This document shows positions 55,245 through 64,000 of a DNA stretch of 64,000 nt, in pieces. The position numbers and the translations under genes were made by a program. The notes below the pieces were generated by a model. The model was given only the letters and a program-made list of their open reading frames with translations, was not told the DNA's origin and made no database searches. The number at the start of each line of letters is the position of its first letter. Within the stretch, counting starts at the first letter, position 1. Location: the NCBI GenBank assembly GCA_002633005.1, contig NMRA01000569.1:1-64000 (forward strand). Reading direction: 5' to 3'. Source of the DNA: Phoronis australis. Its lineage: Eukaryota > Animalia > Phoronida.

Positions 55245-55315
<71 letters not shown>
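55245..55315. repeat. (GA)n microsatellite
   Basis: Directly visible. Confidence 0.97.
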
Positions 55316-55320
<5 letters not shown>

Positions 55321-57468
55321 GGCTTTTCCCACCTTTGCCAAATGATAAGATCAAGATTATTGGAGGTATAAAACGTTTTCCTTAGTGGCTAGTTCAAAAT
55401 TCAAATTTTAATTGTCTTCTCCTTTGATAATCATAATTCAAATTTTACAGCAAAATAGTTTGTGCAACGAAGCTTTTTCTAGGGTTCGGAAAACCGTTGT
55501 TTGCGCATGTGATGCATATGGGTGCAGCTTTCATTCGCTAGGTTCTTAAAGGGACACTATTGTCGATAAAATTTTCTGAGATCCGCACAGCGCAGAATCG
55601 AACTTGTAATCCTCTCGGCGCTGTTAAACGCCTATGTTATCTGAGCTAAATCCCACTAGATAGCAATGTATGTATGTATATCAAACTACTGTAAAGTCAC
55701 CGGCTTTGATTTCAGCGAATGTCTTGCAAGCAACGACGAGAATTGGGGATTCATAACGAAATCCCCAAAAGACAACGGGTTTTTCTGAGTTTCATAGCTC
55801 TGGTCAAAGCTAATAACTTCAAAAAATCTATCCCATCCAACCATAATTTCAAAAATGTTTTTCTCAGTCACTAACCGCACTGGCACGGAACTAATGACAT
55901 TTACTTGCCAAAGATATATTTCTTTTTCATGGGATTCAATTCTCATGCGGCACTGCAATTCTTTTCTGGCGGACACATTTCCCCAGTAGTCGCAGTAGTC
56001 CCTACACAAGTTGAAATACGCATTTGAAGCAAACGATACACTAGAAACGAAATATAGTTGTGATGAATGAAGTGCATCCACGACAGAAGAACGATGTTAG
56101 CAGGCAGAAGTGCCTTCGCAAGAGAAGACTAGGTACCACGAAGACCGGCCATCAATTAGTTTCGAGACCATCAGTTCGTCCACGTGACGGCTCACATAGA
56201 ACTGGCAAATAACATGTCGTGGAGGTCGATGAAATCAAGCTCGTAAATCCGCTCAAAATAGTTTGGCAAAGAGACAATTTACGAGAAAGGGAACCACGCA
56301 AAGTTATCAAAAGCAGCTGGTCGATTGACATTGCTGTTAAAGAGGCTTGCAATATTGAAAGTGGTTCTCTGGCACTGAAACAGAATTTAACCTGCTCCGG
56401 CACCAGATATTTTTAGGGTTTGTTCGTAAAGATTTTTAACTTCTGTTGATATCAAAGCATTAATTTTCTTTTAGCTTCAAATTTCAAAAAAACGACCTGT
56501 CAACTGCTCACCACTTCGTCGATTTTTCTTCCACAAGGTAAAGCACGTCTTTATATTTGGTATGGCAAGACATAGGCTTAGCACATTTCCCTTAGATGGA
56601 TAATGTGACCTTTGACCTCAAGCGACTTCAAGCAACTGAATGTGAGCGCATGCGCGCATTCATAATAAATGGGAGGGAGATTAGGAACTGTGGTAACCAC
56701 AGAGTTTTCCTTCGCGCGTATATCAAAAATCGTGAATTTTGTGGGTTTTTTCTGAAAATTTCCTCACAGGGAAAGTGAATAACTCTTTACCAGACGTTGC
56801 AAGATGGTACTTTCGTCAGGAATTGTTTAAAAGATATTTTTGACAACCTTTCACGTTCCATTCCTCTTTAGTGACCGGCGATATTACAAGGCAATCGCAT
56901 GCTTTGTTCGTCTGAAAATATCGCATGAGGTGGAATAATGCGCTAACGTTTGGCTTACGGAGTAAACGTCATGAAGGCATGTGCCAGTGCAGGAGAAAGC
57001 ACTGCGTTTAAACTTGCATTTGACTGTCATCTGTGGTCAAAATACCTTAGTGATTTTTTGGTGGAGAAACTGACCGACAGTATTTCACTTTATACTAGTA
57101 CCGTGCGCTCAAACTTTATTCATACCACTGATGTGCATGTTCTATTTTTCAAAATGAAACTAGAATGTGTAGAGTACATTGATACAGGTTTCAATTAATA
57201 AATAAGCATCGGTTTCTCCCTTTTGTGACGTCACAAAATGAGCACATTACTGTAAAATTGATTGAAAGCGCTACGTAAATGAGTATTTTCTGTAGCAAGC
57301 GTTATCAATTTCGATTAATTCCTTTCCCAAGTGAGAAATCTGGTTTAAATTCCTAACACTCCTTGGACATGAACTTTCATGGTTTATTACGTACTTTTGA
57401 TCACAGTACATTTTTTTTAACTGTTCACAGATGACAAAGTGAAATGTGATTTTAGAATGATTCTTCGT

Positions 57469-57469
<1 letters not shown>

Positions 57470-57518
<49 letters not shown>

Positions 57519-57577
57519 GTACGTACGTATGTATGTATGTGTGTATGTATGTATATATGTGTGTGTATGTGTGTGTG

Positions 57578-57649
<72 letters not shown>
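57470..57649. repeat. Compound (TA)n/(TATG)n/(TG)n microsatellite
   Basis: Directly visible. It accounts for the overlapping low-complexity ORFs. Confidence 0.97.
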
Positions 57650-57651
<2 letters not shown>

Positions 57652-57767
57652 GCGATTTGCTTGTCGTTTTTGGACAACAAATGCAACATTTTTCAAAACT
57701 GATGGTTTCCATTTTTGCAGGGGAGCGCGAGGGTATGTTGTAACATTATCTCATCTAACGTATTATA

Positions 57768-58184
57768 CCTATATTGAATCATGTCCTATATTGAATCATG
57801 TCCTATACTGAATCAAGTCCTATATTGAATCATGTCCTATGTTGAATCATGTCCTATATTGAATCATGTCTTATATTGAATCATGTCCTATATTGAATCA
57901 TGTCCTATATTGAATCATGTCCTATATTGAATCAAGTGCTATATTGAATCATGTCATATATTGACTCAAGTCCTATATTGAATCATGCCCTATATTGAAT
58001 CATGTCCTATATTGAATCATGTCCTATTTTGAATCAAGTCATCAAGTCCTATATTGAATCATGTCCTATATTGACTCAAGTCCTATATTGAATCATGTCC
58101 TATATTGAATCATGTCTTATATTGAATCAAGTCCTATATTGAATCAAGTCCTATACTGAATCAAGTCCTATATTGAATCAAGTC
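57768..58184. repeat. 17-bp minisatellite (~24 copies)
   Basis: cctatattgaatcatgt / cctatattgaatcaagt units. Confidence 0.95.
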
Positions 58185-58716
58185 CGGTGACTTTTCAGTA
58201 TTCTCAACAAAACGTGGAGCCACTAAATGTATTTTTGTTGCAGTTAAATCAAAAAATTAATTTTGACTCCCAAGTAAGCATTTCAGGGGTAACAACTTGC
58301 TTGTTCATGATTCAAGTATGTTGACATGATTTAGATTCGAACTTTGTAGCCTACTAGAAGTAATTTACATTGTCTTACTGTTGCAATATTCAACATTATT
58401 TGTACTTTTCTCTAATTTCTTAATGTTTTTTGGCGATTTCTATACTCGAGCACTTTTACTTAGTGATTGTAGCCATAAAAATATGCTCATGGCAACCTTC
58501 CACTTGTTCTGAGCTTTAGTGAATTTTGCGACAGTACAATTTTTTTGCTGACGGTTAGCAGAGCTCTGTCGTTCAGTTACTGAGGAAAGCGTCTGGATTC
58601 TGGAACACAACAATAACAATGGTCGACTGAATGAACCTCGTTGTTGTCGTTAGCTGGCTGATATCAAATAGAATGAAAAGTAAGATATAAATTATCGTGA
58701 TGATGGGACCAATCTC

Positions 58717-59018
58717 CAGAGGCGGATTTAAGAGGGGGAGGCAAGGGGGCCATGGCACCCCCTAAAATTTTCCCAGATTCCATTTGGCAGTTCGGGGTGA
58801 GAATTGACTAGCACATGCGCAAAACCAGGGGGCTCGGGGGGCGAATGCAAATGCATAGGTATTGAACAAACCCCGTTTTTTCTAGTAATAAGGTCCACAA
58901 ATCCAAAAATTCGAGACCGAGTACATCCCTACATTTTAAGCTGGGCGCGCGCAGGAGGCAAAATTCTGGTTATTCCTGCGCCCTGCCCCCCCAACTCAAA
59001 ATCCTGAATCCGCCCCTG
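58717..59018. mobile_element. MITE with CAGGGGCGGAT-type TIRs (hAT-like termini)
   Basis: cagaggcggatt...aatccgcccctg. Related partial copies lie at ~50100-50235 (sharing gattccattt.cagttcgggg and aaaatcctg.atccgcccctg) and at ~12036. Confidence 0.55.
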
Positions 59019-61564
59019 ATCTGTACCCTTGTTGGGACGGTTGGGAGGGCCAGCCAAGGCTTCGTTGCTAAGTTACTCGACGTCACTCAGTCTATGATCA
59101 ATCATGAGCCACAAAAGATTGGAGCCGTCTCTGCTGTAGTAGGCTACTAGTCTAGCCAATATAATGTCGGAGTTTTCCTGTAAGCGTAATTACTATAGAT
59201 AGTAAACGTAGGGAAAGATGATGTGCCTAAACGATTATCCATGTAAACCACCAATCCGAATGAAAGGTTTAAAGTTGGGGATGGCAGCAGTAAACCTCGA
59301 GAGAATCAACGTCCGTTTTGATTATTCATAACCATTAAAATTTAATATCCAACTTGTCAGATCTTAAACCCGCCTCCCGTCACAAAAACCGTCACTCTAG
59401 AGAATTTGCTTGAATCCCAGTCCGGAAATATAAATATCCGACAAACGGGTTGAGTTGGGCTTTACTCCGAGACTCCGAGGTTTTGTACGTCCACCGACTG
59501 ACTGAATAGCGTGCGAGCCCGCCGGCAACAGAGCTATAGTTTCATTAGGTTTGCTGCGTTGCTTTTCCTTCTCGATCCTGGTTCCTAGCAAAAACCAAGT
59601 TATGACTTGGACCACTTGCCATTAGGAAATCGGTGGCAAAATTTCCTTAGTCAAAATGTCGGGATTCATGGGGTTTATCCCCCCCTCAGTTGTCACCAAG
59701 CGCGCGTAAAGGGGAAACATTTTGAGGGGGAGGAGTGAGAGCACAGAATAAATCGATTTAGTAAAAATTGTGCGAACATGTTCCAAAGTCAGATTTCTCT
59801 CTATTGCAACCTCTTCACTCTCCACTGGACGTCGCCAATTTCACACCCGCCTCTCGATAGCTAGGCATGCGGGCTTTGCAGCCACAGGAAACTTGGGTGC
59901 CGTGCTTAAAAAAATATCGCGAGAAAGCGTATTATTTAGGCTTGAGCATTGGGTGCCACTGAAAGAAGATGTACAATCAAAACCATTTTTAGGGGATCGA
60001 AATATTTCGCGGGCTGCGAAATCCGGAGAAACAACATCATCTCGGATTGAGTAGGAGGAACTTTGTGTCGCAATCTTTGGTTATAGTTTCGTCTATTTTC
60101 GATGGTGAAAAGTTGTCCTAAAATCTGGTTCACTTTATTAGGGTCCAGTTTGGGGAATGTTTACTTTAATAGGGTCAAGCTTTGAGGGTACACTTTGAAA
60201 TGACGTGGCAGGTCTGAGGTCCATTGCACACTAAAGTGTCACACTCTTTTGAAAAAACAGTTGCTTCAAAGTATTTTCTTGGAAATAGTTACCGGAGTTT
60301 CTATACGCTGCTCCCCGGGCGGGCGAACGATAATGAACGCCGGAATTTCATCATTCTACGCAAAAATTCTCCATGAATTTCTAAGAGGGCTATTTCACAT
60401 TGGCAAAATAACCTAGTACACTTTACCGTTTGAGACAGGAGGATCGAGATTTTATCGAATTTCATCCAGCACCAAAGGTCACTGAATTGCGTTCTTACAA
60501 GATAAGCCTATACTTGCACTGAAAAAATCGCCTATGAATCAACCTATTTTCGCAGAATCAAAACGTTTGCAAGCCTTCGGAAAAAAATAATGTTGACATT
60601 CCATACATAATAATTAAAGGCACACACAGCGTACACTTTTACTTATCTGCCACTTGTTAAATCATCAGCCGTAATTATGACAATTCCCAAAAGGCCTCAG
60701 GAAGAGCACGGGATATGGAACATCCCGGGGGGTCTACCCCAAGAAATTTTCGGAATGTGTTCGTGTTAGTATGAATTCTAGATCATCCTAGTGATAGCCT
60801 ATCACGATTTACTTGCAGTCCAAATCGCAGAAATCTTTGTTAACGTCTTTCGATTCCGGTCAATGCCATTTTTGATAGAGTCTAACGTTTTTTGTTATTT
60901 AGACAGCAAGTCTTGAAGTTGCTGTGCTTCACACGAACATATTCTGTGTTTTATGACCAATGACGTTTTTCAGTCTATCCGGGAACGTGAATACATGATT
61001 TAGTTGACAGTGTCTGGATTTACAGGAGGCAAAGAGGTAATTGCCCAGGCAACGCTCCAAGAGTGTTCAATGTCTGAGAGAGGCTTGCAAAAGGCATGCT
61101 CCCCACTAACATGAAAGGCTGAAGCAATTACTGGAATCTTCAGTTCTCTTAACACAAACGATTGCGGTTGTACGATTTCACAAAAAGGAAAGATGCAGTT
61201 GACTCAAATACTGGGCTCCCCTCTGCTAGAGCCCCTAAGAAAAAAGATATGAACATAAAAAACACTGAGGAAAAGGTAGCCACGCATGACATTTTGGGAC
61301 CATTTCCAAGATTTGAGATTTGTATCAAATGATATGCAATTTCAAATATACGTAGAAAGACATCTACAAATTACTCCATTAACCCTTGGATAAACACATC
61401 TTTGCACTTCCTAAAAATGTTTTCTTCACTTTCTCGGACAGTACGGGCTCCTGACAAAAATGTCCTAGCCAGAACCCCTAACGCTGGTAGTAAATAAATT
61501 ATGGCACAGGCTTAATCTAATGTAACGGAAGCATCGTCAACCTTAAAAGAAAATGTCCACCTAC

Positions 61565-61660
61565 CTTGTGAATGATTGGGTCATCTGAAATGTGTTTGCA
61601 ATCTTCAAAAACTTCGTTGTCGCCCGTATTGCCGTTCGGAAGACCATCTGGCGTGTCCAT
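61565..61660 (-). CDS. RAB37: RAB26/RAB37-like alternative first coding exon 1a (exon 61565-61675)
   Basis: tttcag|gtaatgtgacggacg-ATG: MDTPDGLPNGNTGDNEVFEDCKHISDDPIIHK|gtaggt. It is in phase 0 with exon 2a, and the HK|TILVGDSG junction resembles the alternative human RAB37 N-terminus. Confidence 0.8.
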
Positions 61661-64000
61661 CGTCCGTCACATTACCTGAAACAAGGCGAGACTCATTATT
61701 AGTTCAGTATCCAGTTAAAGTCGATGTTTTGTATTCGTGCTCTAAAGTTTAACTAAAACACCTCAGATGCCACACACGAAAATGTTCCTGATTGAGTTGT
61801 TACTGCATTCTATAGACACACTTGTGCTAATTCATTTGGATTCGGTCTAATTTGCAATGACTCCGGTGATGCGTTATAGACGTCTCAAATTGCTCATCAA
61901 TTAGCAAATTCCATCAAAGAATTTAAAGTCAATACATTTATTTAGAAAAGACACAAGTATATGGCAATGTATGTGTAATAAATGTTAAGATTAAAATTCT
62001 TGGAATAATAAACTTGCAAACCTTTCAAATAAGTCGAGCTTAAGAATTCCAATGTATCAAGCAAATATAACACGCTGTTCAATGTGGATTGTAAGAAAGT
62101 GAAAATAGCGAAAACTGGGTGAGTATTTATGAAAATTTACACATGTCGACATATTTCAACCTAACCTATAGAAATGTGTGTGAGTGATAGTATCTTTTCC
62201 ATCAATTCCAAATTCGGAATTCAAGACTTTCATTGCGAAATGTGCATTGTGATATAACAAGCGATGAAAATGAAACGTATGATAATTACAGATACATATA
62301 ACAGATTTCCCTTTAAACAGAAACAATAATTTCAACAATTTCGGGGACTCTAATTTATGGATGTTTCTCGATAGACATTACATAAAAATTATACCACGGC
62401 AGATAAAATGTAGGAAACCAGCGACAAAATTATCCAGTAAATTCAGAGCACCCGGCAATGTGTTTGACCTTACATGTTCATTCGATGAGTCTACTCACCA
62501 TGAGAGAGGCCTCAACTATCTCCACTATCGATCTTAGTCTTTTCTCAATTATTGCTGCCGTTCACTGTATGTCCACTTTGACCAGATAACCAACCTGCGT
62601 GTTTACGCAAATATTGCATTTAGTTTACAACCACGCATCGCCACATAAGTACATAAGTGTTAGTTCAGTGTTGCGCATCTATGAAGAAGACCAACCAAAA
62701 ACTTCTGAACATCCGCGTCATGCCATTTACAGAATTCGTACACGACACTACCAGTCTAATATACATCCGATGATGAATTAAATACAAACATCTCAACAAC
62801 AGTGCGTCGTGTTGGTCGTGCAGTCAATATCGATAGCGTCTTCAGAAGACACTGCAGCGCAAGAAATGAGTTGTCGCCGTTGGCTTGTCGAATTGTCTTT
62901 TTCTTTATTCATATGGAAATGGTGTCAATCACAGAGATTGGTTTTTATGTAAACATGACGTCAACGGCAAAGCAAAAAAGAATGAGTGATGTTCCACTAC
63001 TATATACGAGTGTACTAATTAGACGCAGGAAGGTGTTCTGCAGTGTTGCATTGCCTTTGAGCAGCATTTTATTTTCTAAAATTAAAATAATACTGCATCA
63101 AAATTCTAACGGTACCATGATACTGACAGTCACGAGAAAAAAATATATTGGTAAAGCATTGACCAAGTAAAATACCCACAAAATAAAATCAAAAAAGAAC
63201 CCTGTACTAGTTATGTCAAAAACTGTGCAGCGAAACTTGGCTTTCCTCAAAATCCAACTACTGATTACATGCTCAGCAGAAAAGAAGCAAAACACTATCT
63301 CTGACTATTTAATTTTAGGTTATACTCAGTCACATTTCTTGTCTGTATTTTTCCAAAATTCAAAAACCTACCCACGTGTATTTTTCACGAACTATTCAAA
63401 TACGCTATTCAAAAACTTTCAAATGAAACATTCAAAAACTTTCAAATGAAACTTTCAAAAACAATGTTACCTCCTCCGCATCCCCTGCAAATTCCCACTT
63501 AATATCCAGAAGACGATAAGATCAGCTGAAGCTGATTGGTTACTTTGAAGATAACGACAGATTTTAAAGTTAGAAAATTGAACGGTCAAGTTGCCCAAAC
63601 TCAACCGGTGACGGTGTCAGCGCAGAATACTTTTCATGGTGAGCAGACGGAAACACACGGATAAAATAATTTTTGACGGCAATGCATCTACTAGGTTTAC
63701 TTGCATGTCAAAAAAAAAGAATATCTGTGTCTGAAATTAAGCCGTACGCGATACGAATTCGCAGTAATATCCACTCTATTTCACCCAAGACTTAATTATT
63801 TTAGCTAGTGCTTTTTGCCAAAACACCTTTAGATCAACTGACGGTTAGCAGAGCTTCTGAATCCTCTTACCTACGCCATCATTTCAGTCTAATATAAAGT
63901 TTCTATACAGTGGAAACCCGAGACCAACTAACAAAGAATAAAAATTGATTTGTGGACGAACGTAGCACAGAATATGAGGTAACAAGGAATGGTGTTTGTA

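Noticed and set aside
57271-57811. Multiple ORFs with HT/YI/CV repeats
   Set aside because: They are translations of microsatellites. The ER/SL ORFs at 55169-55385 have the same cause.

Overview
AT-rich, intron-containing animal genomic DNA from a draft assembly with single-N joins. It is probably an invertebrate bilaterian or deuterostome (inference). By manual splicing I reconstruct: (1) two internal exons of a teneurin (NHL-repeat region, minus strand, 1-916); (2) a complete METTL26 gene (minus, 8 coding exons, 225 aa, one GC-AG intron); (3) a tRNA-Gly(CCC) gene (14155-14225, minus) in the short divergent promoter between METTL26 and (4) a complete MCRIP/FAM195 gene (plus, 6 coding exons, 146 aa); (5) a RAB26/RAB37-type GTPase gene (minus, 30293 to >61675). 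The Rab gene is the most unusual feature. It has two alternative N-terminal modules, each with its own 111-nt P-loop/switch-I exon, and a tandem pair of 67-nt switch-II exons that must be mutually exclusive. An inverted repeat spans the intron between those two exons. One gene can therefore encode up to four combinations of switch I and switch II. The rest is intronic or intergenic DNA with non-autonomous DNA transposons, MITEs, tandem repeats and a possible decayed ORF. Comparisons to human genes are from memory and need database confirmation.
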